Positions 26,611 to 36,521 of a stretch of DNA of 64,000 nt are shown one piece after another. Location of the stretch: the IMG/VR virus record IMGVR_UViG_3300014203_000013, one strand, 5' to 3'. Source of the DNA: an uncultured virus (IMG/VR IMGVR_UViG_3300014203_000013) (lineage: Duplodnaviria > Heunggongvirae > Uroviricota > Caudoviricetes). Made by a program: the position numbers and the translations under genes. The notes under the pieces are model-generated. The model was not told the origin of the DNA. It did no database searches and was given only the letters and a program-made list of their open reading frames with translations. Each line of letters begins with the position of its first letter. The stretch's first letter is position 1.

Positions 26611-27553
26611 TTTTTAATGATTTAAACGTATCAATTAATTTGTGTTTATGCAATCCTGCCATTCGCATACCTTCAATTTTCTGTACAACAACCTCGTCTT
26701 CACAAATACCAGTACGAATATATTTGTCAAGAACATCATAGGTAAAACCAAAATTATCTTCATCTGTTTTCCCGCACATTCCATCCGTAGGAACTTTTAC
26801 AACCAACGCCTCTGGCAATCCCAACTCGTATCCCAAAGCCTTGACTTCGGTAACAGTCAGATTTCCTAGAGGAGAAAAATCTCCGGCCGCATCTCCAAAT
26901 TTAGTGCTATATGAAATGAAGTTTTCACTCAAATTACAGGTGTTCGCAACCCGTCCGTTAACACAGGCGGCAATTCCGTAAAGAGTTGTCATCCGAAGCC
27001 TAGCCGGGGTGTTGTTCCAATACACTGAATTGAAATACTGTCTAACTCCGCCGTTTTCACACACCATGCCGTCAAACCCGGCATCGATTTTTTTAGTCAA
27101 TTCCTTATAGGCACTTCCGATATCCACGAGTATATGCTGGATACCCAAATGTTCTACAAGCTTGTAACTGTACTCAATATCATCCTGTTTACAGTTCGGC
27201 ATCAAAACCCCAATAACCCGATCCCGACCCAAGGCTTCCACACACAGGGCAGCTACAACACTGCTATCTTTCCCTCCGCTGATCCCGATAATAGCCTTAC
27301 ATCCGTCACCGTTTAGTTTAAACCAGTCCCCAATCCACCTGACGACAGATTCCCGAATTCTGTAGTAGGAGGTGTTATTCAGATACATTACGGCATCATT
27401 GTCAGTCTGGAAAAGAGTATTAAGTCTTCCATCACTCTTCCAATGCCAATTGCCGTCATCCGTTTTAAACCCTTCCCAATCAACTTCTGTTGTCCTAAGA
27501 CAATCCCCATTTCTGCTAACGACAACGTCTCCGACTTTAATGTTTTTGAACAT
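26603..27553 (-). CDS. nadE: NH3-dependent NAD+ synthetase with short N-terminal extension
   Basis: GISGGKDSSV, NTPARLRMTTLY, TKFGDAAGDFSPLG, KVPTDG, DEDNFG. Confidence 0.92.
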   Translation of the reverse strand: MFKNIKVGDVVVSRNGDCLRTTEVDWEGFKTDDGNWHWKSDGRLNTLFQTDNDAVMYLNNTSYYRIRESVVRWIGDWFKLNGDGCKAIIGISGGKDSSVVAALCVEALGRDRVIGVLMPNCKQDDIEYSYKLVEHLGIQHILVDIGSAYKELTKKIDAGFDGMVCENGGVRQYFNSVYWNNTPARLRMTTLYGIAACVNGRVANTCNLSENFISYSTKFGDAAGDFSPLGNLTVTEVKALGYELGLPEALVVKVPTDGMCGKTDEDNFGFTYDVLDKYIRTGICEDEVVVQKIEGMRMAGLHKHKLIDTFKSLKNV

Positions 27554-27887
27554 ATTCTTCCTTTCCCCACATAACCAGAATAGAATAATATCCTGTTTCT
27601 TGCACCTTTTCAATATCTGTAACAGATAAGGAATCGTCAAAAACGGAAACACTGTATCCGAGTCTCCGAATCCTCGGCACAATATATTTGACAGTCCTCC
27701 CGATATAACCTGCGCTTGACTTCCCGGTTTCGCCCGCTTCAACAGAACGAAAAATCTCCTTTTCAAGAAGTCTTAAGCAACTTGCGTCGATCTCCCGTTT
27801 ACGCTTGTCGGCGTCGATAATCTGTTCTTTCCATCTCGTGTAACGGGAAATAGCTTTCGCGACGAAACATGGATATAGCATTTTCAA
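27537..27887 (-). CDS. Hypothetical protein
   Basis: ORF in operon. Confidence 0.55.
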   Translation of the reverse strand: MKMLYPCFVAKAISRYTRWKEQIIDADKRKREIDASCLRLLEKEIFRSVEAGETGKSSAGYIGRTVKYIVPRIRRLGYSVSVFDDSLSVTDIEKVQETGYYSILVMWGKEEYVQKH

Positions 27888-28246
27888 CCTTCTTCTTTTC
27901 CGGAATCGTAAAGAATATCCGTAAGAACAGACTTAAGCACGTCTTCATCCCTATCCCTTTCTCCTTTGGGAAGATTTAAAGAAGTGCTTCCGTAGGAATC
28001 AAAACGCCATGTCAATACACCGTCTTCTCCTTTTATGAAAATGGTTCCGGCACCGATGGCTTTTAATCCCGCCTTGATCGTCTCTACGGATTTTACGATT
28101 TCCCGAAATCCGTAAAAATCCATATCCGACGCAAAACCCACATCTCCGTTCTCAAAAATAACGTACCTGAAAATACCCAAATCTTCTTCCCTAACGTTAT
28201 TCGGGTTCGTAAGTATCCGATAAGAATTCGTTAAAATCCCTGACAT
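27884..28246 (-). CDS. Hypothetical protein
   Basis: GGAGG RBS. Confidence 0.65.
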   Translation of the reverse strand: MSGILTNSYRILTNPNNVREEDLGIFRYVIFENGDVGFASDMDFYGFREIVKSVETIKAGLKAIGAGTIFIKGEDGVLTWRFDSYGSTSLNLPKGERDRDEDVLKSVLTDILYDSGKEEG

Positions 28247-28258
28247 AAAAACCTCCCG

Positions 28259-28627
28259 TTACCATACGTTTTTGACAGCATACCCGAATTTCTGACAACC
28301 TTCCAAGAACATCTTGACACTGTGCCGTTCCCAGTCGGTTTCTAAATTTTCTAAACAAATCGGATTGTGCTTTATCCGTTCCGTAGTAATCGGAGTTTCC
28401 GTATCGTTGATGTCGGTTCCTAACCATCTGTTCATAAGAACCCCGCAGATACGGCATTCCAGATACCCTTTGTCCAATCCGAAATCCACACTTCCACAAA
28501 TCTTCTGAACTTTATTCGAAGCCCGCGTAAACCAGTTCTTCTCTGCCCTTGTCATCGTCTCCCGACTGACACAATCTCCAAGATTCCCGTTTCTTTTAAC
28601 CCGGTAGGCAATCGCATCGTATCCCAT
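28259..28627 (-). CDS. Hypothetical protein
   Basis: AGGAG RBS; MGYDAIAY. Confidence 0.65.
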   Translation of the reverse strand: MGYDAIAYRVKRNGNLGDCVSRETMTRAEKNWFTRASNKVQKICGSVDFGLDKGYLECRICGVLMNRWLGTDINDTETPITTERIKHNPICLENLETDWERHSVKMFLEGCQKFGYAVKNVW

Positions 28628-28636
28628 AACATTCTC

Positions 28637-28843
28637 CTATCTATTGTCAGGTTGAAGCTGTTGTTCGGCGTTTTTGGCACCTTCGATAAAACCTTCAATT
28701 TCATTGCGCAGAATAAAAAATCCGTCTTCATTCAATTCTGCTTCAAAAAATGAATTAGATGTGCTATTCTCGTTTCTTTCATATTTGAAAGAATCCATCA
28801 ATTTGAGAACATCTTCAAGAATTTTTTCAACCGGTCGCTTCAT
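28637..28843 (-). CDS. Hypothetical protein
   Basis: First ORF after promoter cluster. Confidence 0.6.
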   Translation of the reverse strand: MKRPVEKILEDVLKLMDSFKYERNENSTSNSFFEAELNEDGFFILRNEIEGFIEGAKNAEQQLQPDNR

Positions 28844-28988
28844 TTTTCTTCCCTTCGTTTAATCTGTAATAAAAACACCGAACAAACACCTCTAAGATTT
28901 GAAAACAACTATAAAATACCATATGCCTTGTAATTTGTCAACTGTTCCGGATAGAAATCCTTAAAAAAAATTAATTGTCTAAAATCCC

Positions 28989-29216
28989 GGATTTTCAGCT
29001 ACAGGTATCAGAGAAATTTAATCACTGTCAAACAAAACCTGGCTTTAGCCGTCCTATTCCTTTTAACCCTTTCCTTCTGTGTCCCTCTGTCTGATTATCA
29101 GAAAATAATCCTTCCGAAATAAAAAAACCTGACTTTTGTTTTTTACGGATTTTCAGCTACATATATCTGACCCTTTTTATCACTTGTCAAGCTTTTTAAA
29201 ATTTAGCCGTCCTATT
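28989..29216 (-). repeat. Two ~70-bp imperfect direct repeats, each with a TTGACA promoter-like element
   Basis: GGATTTTCAGCTACA...TGTCAA...TTTAGCCGTCCTATT at ~28989-29058 and ~29147-29216. Confidence 0.8.
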
Positions 29217-29428
29217 TTTTATGTCTTTATACCTGTCTTGTCAACAGATAATTTCGCTTCTGAAATTATCTTTCATTGTTATAACATCATTTAATATATA
29301 TTTATATATCTCTACAGGGATTCCGATAAGGGATAAAAATCATATTTAAGGACAATGAATAAAATAGAAGTAATCTTTTTATATAGATAGGATTTCCCCG
29401 ACATACCATATTTAAGCCTAACTGTCAA

Positions 29429-29491
29429 GTTTTAACTGTCTGGTTTTAACTGTCTGGTTTTAACTGTCTGGTTTTAACTGTCTGGTTTTAA
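29429..29491. repeat. Tandem 14-bp repeat (GTTTTAACTGTCTG) x4.5, iteron-like
   Basis: Four perfect copies plus a partial copy; degenerate copy just upstream. Confidence 0.9.
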
Positions 29492-29532
29492 GAGAATTTT
29501 ATAAGTCGCGTATTTCCGACATTCAAATTCTG

Positions 29533-29665
29533 AAAATTTTTCTTGACAGAAATTTTTCTTGACAGAGGGCTGATTTATAGGATTTATGGGCAGATTTGTA
29601 GGGTTTGTAGGGTTTATAGGGGATTTATAGGGGATTTAATGGTTGTAGGAATCTGTAGGAATTTA
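29533..29665. repeat. Short direct repeats (TTTTTCTTGACAGA x2; GGATTTATAG / GGGTTTGTAG-type arrays)
   Basis: Read directly; locally G-rich on + strand. Confidence 0.7.
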
Positions 29666-29771
29666 TCTATTGAGGAAAGGGGGGTTAGAAGAGAGAAGTA
29701 TTTTTACTTTTAGGTTTTAAGTTCTATAGGCTTAGGGTAGTTTGTATTAGGCAGTTAGACACGGTTAAACA

Positions 29772-30563
29772 TTATCTTGTGCCTTTATTTTTAATAAGCT
29801 GAATGGTTCGGTCGTCATAGAGGCAGAACATATTTTTATCTTTTTCGCAACTGACGGGCAATTTTTTACCCAAGTGTTTCAGGCACCAATCCTGTATTAA
29901 GAGGATGACTTTTTGTTCTTGAGGTGATTTTTCCAAGAAAGGGAGGCTTGACACTCTGGCGGTAATAATGCGGATTTCGACGCCCATATTGATCCAGTCT
30001 TTGGCCAATTCGACAGTTTTAGGTATAGGGTTTCCTATATAAAGGGGGTCGGATTTTCCTGTGAGAGGGTCAATCGTCATTATTCTGTCATAAAAAGCGA
30101 GAGTTCCGTCAAAATCGAATCCGATCCAAGTTTTAGGATTTCCGTCCCAACTGAAGTCTGAATCGAAATTCTTTTTGGGTCGGGTGATATATTCGAGGAG
30201 TCTATCCAAGACATCGAAGCTGGAATGAGAATCCCATAGGGGAGCGTGTTCCAATTCCTTTGCCGGGCAGATATCGAAGTATCTCAAAGGGATATGGTAG
30301 CTTATTTGCTGATTGGTTCCAGGCACATTCAGGCCGGAGATAAAGGAATCTTTATACATCGGTTCTTCTTTCCCGTTTAAGGGGCTGTGACGAAGGCTTT
30401 TCCAGGCCGTATCTTGAGGGAGAGATTTAATGAAAGCCATATAGAGGAGGATACGGTGTTCATACAGTTCTCCAAAACTATGGTTGCCGTCTTCCACGTC
30501 TTTCGCCTCTCCTGTTGTCAAAGTAAGGGGTGTGCCGTCTGGCAATAATATTTTATTTCCCAT
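29772..30563 (-). CDS. Fusion of a WDGH-like phage domain and a HAD-family phosphatase
   Basis: DGNHSFGELYEHR...QISYH...WDSH; then IGFDFDGTLA...TAR...DDR. Confidence 0.7.
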   Translation of the reverse strand: MGNKILLPDGTPLTLTTGEAKDVEDGNHSFGELYEHRILLYMAFIKSLPQDTAWKSLRHSPLNGKEEPMYKDSFISGLNVPGTNQQISYHIPLRYFDICPAKELEHAPLWDSHSSFDVLDRLLEYITRPKKNFDSDFSWDGNPKTWIGFDFDGTLAFYDRIMTIDPLTGKSDPLYIGNPIPKTVELAKDWINMGVEIRIITARVSSLPFLEKSPQEQKVILLIQDWCLKHLGKKLPVSCEKDKNMFCLYDDRTIQLIKNKGTR

Positions 30564-30596
30564 TTTATTTACCTTTGTTTTTCTTTTTTTTTGAAA

Positions 30597-31448
30597 TTAA
30601 GACATTAGTTTAAAGACGGATTCGCGTGTTTGAAAACCTGCGGCTGCGCTGTGGCCTCCGCCTCCGTAGAAACGGTGGCAGAATTCCGCGCAATCGTTAG
30701 TGAGGCTATAGACGCCGTATATCCAGCATTGGGGGGTAAATTTAAAGCTTATGCAGAAGTCATAATCTTTAAGTTGTTCGCCGAAAACCATACTTCCTTT
30801 TTCCTGAGAATTAACAGCCAAGACGCGATATCCGAAGAGTTCTGTTTCGAATCCTTGGGTTTTGAGTATTTCCTTATTTTGAATCAAGTTTCTTTTATAT
30901 GCCACCCACCCCATATCCGCATATTTCAGGAGTTCGTCTTCGTCGGATAAAGATACCCAATATTCCCATTCTTGACTTTCCGGAGGAAGTTCTCGACTTT
31001 GCAGATAGTATTCCAACCCTATGATTTCTTTTCTATCTCCATGTTTCCAACAATCGAACAATCCTATTCTTTCCACGGTTTTGGGCAAAGGGGTTGACGG
31101 ATACAGATATTTGAAAGTCAGCATGCAAGCGCTTTCTTCTTTTGTACGCAATCCCTGCAAATTCAAATCCTGAAACAGTTGGATAGACTTTTGATGATGG
31201 TCTATCCATGTAAAGGAAGAGGAATTGTCTTTTATTTTTTTCATTACCCCTTCTTTTTCGAAACAAAAGTCAAGGAGAAAAACAGGGTTACCGTTAATTT
31301 CATCAAGTCTGTCATACGGTTCGCTTCCGTAGTCGCAGGGTAAAAGGAGATATTTTCTATTTTGTTTATCAAGCCAATTCCTTAAAAGGAAAGCGCTTAA
31401 ACATCCGTCATGGTCTGATTTGTGATAAAAGATATAAGTTGTATTCAT
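30597..31448 (-). CDS. DHH/DHHA1 phosphoesterase
   Basis: YHKSDHDG, LDF, IDHH, GGGHSAAAGF. Confidence 0.88.
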   Translation of the reverse strand: MNTTYIFYHKSDHDGCLSAFLLRNWLDKQNRKYLLLPCDYGSEPYDRLDEINGNPVFLLDFCFEKEGVMKKIKDNSSSFTWIDHHQKSIQLFQDLNLQGLRTKEESACMLTFKYLYPSTPLPKTVERIGLFDCWKHGDRKEIIGLEYYLQSRELPPESQEWEYWVSLSDEDELLKYADMGWVAYKRNLIQNKEILKTQGFETELFGYRVLAVNSQEKGSMVFGEQLKDYDFCISFKFTPQCWIYGVYSLTNDCAEFCHRFYGGGGHSAAAGFQTRESVFKLMS

Positions 31449-31471
31449 TTTATTCCTTGTATTCCTTGTAT

Positions 31472-32143
31472 TTACGCTCTTTTTATTTTTGATTCGTTTA
31501 CCATTTTATCGATAACATTACGTGTTTTGATATTTTTAGAAACAAGACGAGAATAAAGGTCTGACGGTTTGGTGATGAGATGGTCGCAAATTCCGTATTT
31601 AATGACTTCTTCCGGGGACATATAAGCGTCCCTGGACATCAATCTTGAGAGTTCGTTTTTCTTTATTTTTGAATGTTTCAAAATGATTTTTTCGAACCTT
31701 TTCATTAGATTCTGTACCATTTGGACATGGTTTTCCATTTCTGAAATTTTACCGATGGTTCCGGAACTTATCTGATGCATCATGACGTTTGAATTTTCGG
31801 TGATAAAGCGTTTACCTTTGGTTCCGGACATCAGGAGCATTTGACCGCAAGACATCGCTCGGCCAAGGCATACGGTAGCGACATCGCAATGGATAAGCTT
31901 GGTGATGGAATCATAAATGGCGAAAAAAGAGTAGACATCTCCACCGTTGCTGTCGATAAGCAATGTTATGTCGTCGTGAATGCTTTCGGCATCCATAATT
32001 AAAAGCCTTTCGATACAAGATCTTGCGCTTGTCTGATTGAATTCTGTGTTGAAATAGATAATTCTGGATCTTGTTAAATAATCTGATTGGGGCAAAACGA
32101 ACTGAGGCATAATGATTTCTTCTTCCTCTTCTTCTTTAGGCAT
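31472..32143 (-). CDS. clpP: ClpP-type protease proteolytic subunit
   Basis: IDSNGGDV, AMSCG (Ser), MMHQ (His), RDAYMSPEE (Asp). Confidence 0.9.
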   Translation of the reverse strand: MPKEEEEEEIIMPQFVLPQSDYLTRSRIIYFNTEFNQTSARSCIERLLIMDAESIHDDITLLIDSNGGDVYSFFAIYDSITKLIHCDVATVCLGRAMSCGQMLLMSGTKGKRFITENSNVMMHQISSGTIGKISEMENHVQMVQNLMKRFEKIILKHSKIKKNELSRLMSRDAYMSPEEVIKYGICDHLITKPSDLYSRLVSKNIKTRNVIDKMVNESKIKRA

Positions 32144-32690
32144 GGGTGATTCCTTTCATAAAATAAGGTTTGACGACGGAGTCTATTATATCCTGTAATA
32201 GGAACGGGCAATAATCATTTCGTTCCACAGACACGTTAAACTGATTAGGAAACAAAGATTTCTTTTCGTGTATATGCCCGTGGATATTAAACCAATCAGT
32301 ATCCGGGTTTTGAATCGGTTTATGGGTGAAGATGATTTTTATATCGGGCAGGATAATTTCTTTTTTTTCTATTCTTTCGAATCCGAGTCTGTAAAGTCTT
32401 TCTTTGGTAAGTTTGGAATGACAATCATGATTCCCCAATATCAGGGAAATTCTTCCGTTTAAGCGTTTGAAAACGGCTTGCAACTGATCGTAATAACGAC
32501 ATAGGGCGAAGTCTCCGACATGTATAACTTCATCGTTTTCCCCGACATGCTGATTCCAACAAGATATCATATATTCGTTCATTTCTTCAGAATCAAAGAA
32601 CCTTTCTTTCCTGTTTTTCGGGTGTCTGTCACAAAGGGCAATTATTCTTTCATGGTAGAAATGAGTATCTCCTATCACATGTCTCTTCAT
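32136..32690 (-). CDS. Calcineurin-like metallophosphoesterase
   Basis: GDTHF, HVGDF, GNHD, THKP, NIHGHIH. Confidence 0.88.
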   Translation of the reverse strand: MKRHVIGDTHFYHERIIALCDRHPKNRKERFFDSEEMNEYMISCWNQHVGENDEVIHVGDFALCRYYDQLQAVFKRLNGRISLILGNHDCHSKLTKERLYRLGFERIEKKEIILPDIKIIFTHKPIQNPDTDWFNIHGHIHEKKSLFPNQFNVSVERNDYCPFLLQDIIDSVVKPYFMKGITHA

Positions 32691-32691
32691 G

Positions 32692-33033
32692 TTAACCCCC
32701 TACCGATATTTTTTTAAAAAACAGTTTGGAGAAAATCACGATATAGTAAGAAATTATAAAGATATTCGTAACGGTTCTATATTGTGGATTTACAAACGCT
32801 ATTAGCGAGATTGACGGTATAGCATCAAGAAGAAACATCGCCATGTCTGAGAACCGCATTTTTATGTTTCTGAGGCAAGCCATCCTCATTAGCATCCCTA
32901 ACCAGCAATATAAGAGCATAGGTATAAAAAAGAACCCAGAAACCTTATTCCCCGACTTAAGAAATGAGAACATTAACAGGACGAATATAGATCGTGTCAG
33001 AAACCAATATATGATATCTTTCACTTCCTTCAT
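32692..33033 (-). CDS. Multi-pass membrane protein
   Basis: About four hydrophobic segments. Confidence 0.65.
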   Translation of the reverse strand: MKEVKDIIYWFLTRSIFVLLMFSFLKSGNKVSGFFFIPMLLYCWLGMLMRMACLRNIKMRFSDMAMFLLDAIPSISLIAFVNPQYRTVTNIFIISYYIVIFSKLFFKKISVGG

Positions 33034-33530
33034 AATCCGTTTTCTTTCAGGATTCCATATAGACGATTAATTAGGGAATAAACTTCTCCCTTCTTATCGG
33101 CCAAAGAATTCATCACTTCAAGCACCCTGTCGCTTTCTTTGGCTTTTTTTCTGAGGATAAAGTTTGACGAGAAGTCTGCGTTCCTAAACAAGATTCTAGA
33201 CAATTCCTTAATTCGATTGACATTTGTAGGGCTTGCTTTGAGGATAAGTCCGTTTACGATTGCTTTGAATTCGGGAGTGATTCTTATCAACACTCTATCT
33301 TTCGACGTTTTACAAGACACTAAATTATTTCCAAGGTCTTTGATAACTGCAAGGATTTCCGTTGCGCTGATTTCATCAGGTGAAATGATCTTGTTGTATT
33401 TTGATTTTAACACTTCTGATTTCATCAAGTCGGCCATTTTTTCCAGATTTCTGAAAGCGATGTTTTCAGGAAGGAAAAAGAAAAGCATTGTCAACACATT
33501 GTGCAGGTTAAGATTCTTTTTAGTATTCAT
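33030..33530 (-). CDS. Hypothetical protein
   Basis: Coupled ORF. Confidence 0.65.
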   Translation of the reverse strand: MNTKKNLNLHNVLTMLFFFLPENIAFRNLEKMADLMKSEVLKSKYNKIISPDEISATEILAVIKDLGNNLVSCKTSKDRVLIRITPEFKAIVNGLILKASPTNVNRIKELSRILFRNADFSSNFILRKKAKESDRVLEVMNSLADKKGEVYSLINRLYGILKENGL

Positions 33531-33861
33531 ATCCGTTTTCTTGATTTAAGTCGTCATATCGACTATATTGTTTGTCTTCAAAACCATCTTCTTCGTTAAA
33601 GTCTTCAAAATCTTCAAAATCATCTTTCGTCACGATTTCATTCGACAATGCCGTTTCTTTAAGAACTTCCTTATCATAAACGAAATTAGGAAGAAAGGTA
33701 TCCGCGACGAAAATCTTTGCGGATTCTATAATGATTTCTGTTTCTTCATCCGTTAATTCTCTCCCGAGCATTTCGGTCATCAACTTAAATAAGTCCTGTC
33801 CGATTACTTTTTTGATTCTTGTCTGTGCTTGTTCTTCTTTTATATTCTTGCGTTTTGCCAT
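33520..33861 (-). CDS. Acidic hypothetical protein
   Basis: D/E-rich C-terminus; AAGGA RBS. Confidence 0.65.
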   Translation of the reverse strand: MAKRKNIKEEQAQTRIKKVIGQDLFKLMTEMLGRELTDEETEIIIESAKIFVADTFLPNFVYDKEVLKETALSNEIVTKDDFEDFEDFNEEDGFEDKQYSRYDDLNQENGYEY

Positions 33862-33886
33862 TATTTATAAGTCCTTTATAGATGTT

Positions 33887-34615
33887 CTATGCTGTCGGGA
33901 AAGACCATCCGTCATGTTTGGCCTGTTCAAAATTGAAACCTTTATCAAAATGCATCAAAACAACTCGTTTTCTTTCTTCTGGATCGGTTATGATTTGACA
34001 AAGTTTTTTGTATGAAAGATGAATGTTATCAGGATAGTCAAGCCAACTGCAATCATGATAGATTTTCTTTACCTGATTTAAACGGAAAAGAGAAAGGATG
34101 TTTGTGTTAAATCCTTTAGAATCCCCGCTGTAATAAAAACAATCTCCTAAGCTGTCGGCAAACAAAAAACCAAAAGATTCCAGTTTTTCCGCATGACTTT
34201 CTTTTATGGGGAAAACAGAAATATTCACGAGTCCAGAAGGGCTGAGCATATCTGTTTGAAAGACTTTCTTTTTACAAGCTTCCAACACGTTCTTCTCATA
34301 TATCTCATCTAGCGTCCCCTGAAGGTCAAGAATTTGAAAAACAGCCTTCGGGGCATAGACCTTCGGATGAACTTTCAAGACATAAAAGCAATAAAAAAGG
34401 AGACTTGAAAGACTTCCGCAATGATCACTGTGGCTATGTGAGACAAAAATGTTGATATTCTTGAATCCGTTCAAAAGGTCTCCGACCTGAATTTGGTGAA
34501 AAACGGATTCTCCGCAATCCAACAGAAATGCGGAATTACCAACGGGAAGACATGCTGACGTGTTCCCCAGTGTCGTGTTGAAACAACTTCCTGCTCCTAA
34601 AAATTTCAAGTCCAT
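33887..34615 (-). CDS. MBL-fold hydrolase (RNase Z-like)
   Basis: LGAGS, LDCG, SHSHSDH, SH, YSGD, MH. Confidence 0.85.
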   Translation of the reverse strand: MDLKFLGAGSCFNTTLGNTSACLPVGNSAFLLDCGESVFHQIQVGDLLNGFKNINIFVSHSHSDHCGSLSSLLFYCFYVLKVHPKVYAPKAVFQILDLQGTLDEIYEKNVLEACKKKVFQTDMLSPSGLVNISVFPIKESHAEKLESFGFLFADSLGDCFYYSGDSKGFNTNILSLFRLNQVKKIYHDCSWLDYPDNIHLSYKKLCQIITDPEERKRVVLMHFDKGFNFEQAKHDGWSFPTA

Positions 34616-34619
34616 ATTT

Positions 34620-34892
34620 TTATGCCTTTACGAATACAAACGGGAAGTCTTTAAACAAAGCCGTTTTGATTTCCTCAACCGTCGTATCAGAAAATGTTGC
34701 TGTAATGGGATTCTTCATAACAACGTCTTGGCTTTCAAAACGGATAAAGACATTTGGCTTAAACATTGAAGAAATGTTCTGTTTCATTTGTTCTACCTGT
34801 TGGAAAGCCAATTGGTTGTTTTCATTCAGGACAAAGTTAAAATCCACGGAGATGTCTCCGTTATCCAGCTTCTTGATTGTCATCGAATTCAT
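34620..34892 (-). CDS. Hypothetical protein
   Basis: ORF in operon. Confidence 0.6.
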   Translation of the reverse strand: MNSMTIKKLDNGDISVDFNFVLNENNQLAFQQVEQMKQNISSMFKPNVFIRFESQDVVMKNPITATFSDTTVEEIKTALFKDFPFVFVKA

Positions 34893-34915
34893 AGCAATTT
34901 ATTCCCTTTCCGTCT

Positions 34916-35152
34916 TTACTTTTTAAACCTTGCGTTGTGTTCGTCAAGTCTGCGTTTACAGATTTCATCAAACCGTTCAAAGGCACTTTCAATTGTCTGA
35001 ATTTCGAGTGGAAACCCGAATTCCCAATCCCATTCGCGCATATCTTGCGTCTTGACCTTTTGTTTCCCTGTAAACAGGGTTGCTTCTTGAAATTTTCGAG
35101 AAGTTATTGTTCTTCCTTCTTCATCAACATAGGTGTGTAGTTCGCTATACAT
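34916..35152 (-). CDS. Hypothetical protein
   Basis: ORF in operon. Confidence 0.6.
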   Translation of the reverse strand: MYSELHTYVDEEGRTITSRKFQEATLFTGKQKVKTQDMREWDWEFGFPLEIQTIESAFERFDEICKRRLDEHNARFKK

Positions 35153-35167
35153 GATTTCCCTTTCTTT

Positions 35168-35773
35168 TTAAAAGAATTTTGCGATTTCCCTGTCTTCTTG
35201 TTTCCAAATCTGCTGACGCATTTTAATAGATTTGGCACGCAATTCCTGCGCATCTGGTTTGTGCGGAAGACCGCGCAACTTCATACCGGATTCATGAAGG
35301 TGCTTGTCGCCCTTCTTGTGATTACAGGCGTGGCAAGACAAGACGATGTTGTCCCAATCGGTTTTACCGCCTCTGCTACGCGGATGTACGTGGTCATAAG
35401 TGAAGCTTCCCTTGCCCCAATTGAGTTTGCATCCGCAATACATACAACAACCTTCATCACGGACAAAGATATTGTATCTGCTGATTCTTGGATCTTCTGG
35501 GATGGGACGCATACCGATTCCCGCATAAAACATCAGGACGATAAATTCCGGCTTTGGGATTTGACCGGTTCCGAATCTTACGGTTTTGGTAGAGACTCCG
35601 TTTTTTATCCAATCGTTATATTCAAAAAGTTCACCTGTTTCTTTATTCAAGAACATGGCACGGCCATTCAAAACCTTTTTAATGGCTTTTGAAACGGTGA
35701 TTTTTTTAATAACTTGCCAATTTTTATTCAACATATATGGCATGATCTGATAAGCCTTTCTTTTCTCAAACAA
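35168..35773 (-). CDS. HNH endonuclease (McrA-like)
   Basis: RDEGCCMYCG...DHVHPRSRGG...NIVLSCHACNHKKG. Confidence 0.88.
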   Translation of the reverse strand: MFEKRKAYQIMPYMLNKNWQVIKKITVSKAIKKVLNGRAMFLNKETGELFEYNDWIKNGVSTKTVRFGTGQIPKPEFIVLMFYAGIGMRPIPEDPRISRYNIFVRDEGCCMYCGCKLNWGKGSFTYDHVHPRSRGGKTDWDNIVLSCHACNHKKGDKHLHESGMKLRGLPHKPDAQELRAKSIKMRQQIWKQEDREIAKFF

Positions 35774-35779
35774 TATACA

Positions 35780-36157
35780 CTATTTTCTGATCTTTGTCAA
35801 TTCACAATAGATAATTGATAGGACGACTTTCATATTGTTTCGGATTGCCGCGATATCAAATCTGAGGGTGCGTATTCCCTTGCTCCAAAGTACGGCATCC
35901 CTATGTTTGTCATATTCTTTCCTCGCCAAATGATAAGGCCCATCAACTTCTATCGCGATTCCGCGATACGGAGATCCTTCTTTATTCGCGGCGACATAAA
36001 AATCAAGAATATATCCATAACTAAGGCTTTGTCTGTAAATCGGCACATTAGGGAAAGTATGATCCAATGCTTTCCCTAGATCCATTTCAGGATGTGTCTG
36101 ATTACGTCGAAGATACTTCGCGAATGCTTTTTTTTGAGGAGAAGCTTTATTTCTCAT
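35780..36157 (-). CDS. DUF559/Vsr-like endonuclease
   Basis: LRRNQTHPE, YILDFY, IEVDGPYH, YDKHRD. Confidence 0.85.
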   Translation of the reverse strand: MRNKASPQKKAFAKYLRRNQTHPEMDLGKALDHTFPNVPIYRQSLSYGYILDFYVAANKEGSPYRGIAIEVDGPYHLARKEYDKHRDAVLWSKGIRTLRFDIAAIRNNMKVVLSIIYCELTKIRK

Positions 36158-36161
36158 ACCT

Positions 36162-36464
36162 CTATTCTTCATATCCAGCCACCTTTAGTCTTTCTTTAAG
36201 AACTTTATTTTCATTTTTAAGCTTTTCATTTTCAACCAACACTTCCGTAAGTTTCGGAGCGACTTCAAAACTCATATTCGGCCATCCAAGAAACTTACGG
36301 AATCTTCCAGCGACCAAAGCCGCTTGCACGCATGAATCGGGATTGTCACCATTCGAGATGATATATTGACCTTGTTCTGATTTTGCCCACATAACGATAT
36401 GTGTAAGGTTGAATTTCTTCCTGATCGGAGCGAGACACGCAGGCGAAATCTTTTTTAAAAGCAT
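36162..36464 (-). CDS. Hypothetical protein
   Basis: AAGGAG RBS, coiled C-terminus. Confidence 0.6.
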   Translation of the reverse strand: MLLKKISPACLAPIRKKFNLTHIVMWAKSEQGQYIISNGDNPDSCVQAALVAGRFRKFLGWPNMSFEVAPKLTEVLVENEKLKNENKVLKERLKVAGYEE

Positions 36465-36521
36465 TCTTTAGAAACTCCTTCCTTTACTGTATTCTTATAA
36501 ATAGGAAGGCAGTATAAAAAA

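Noticed and set aside
29429..29491. CRISPR array
   Set aside because: The 14-bp units are directly tandem with no spacers, and no cas operon is present.
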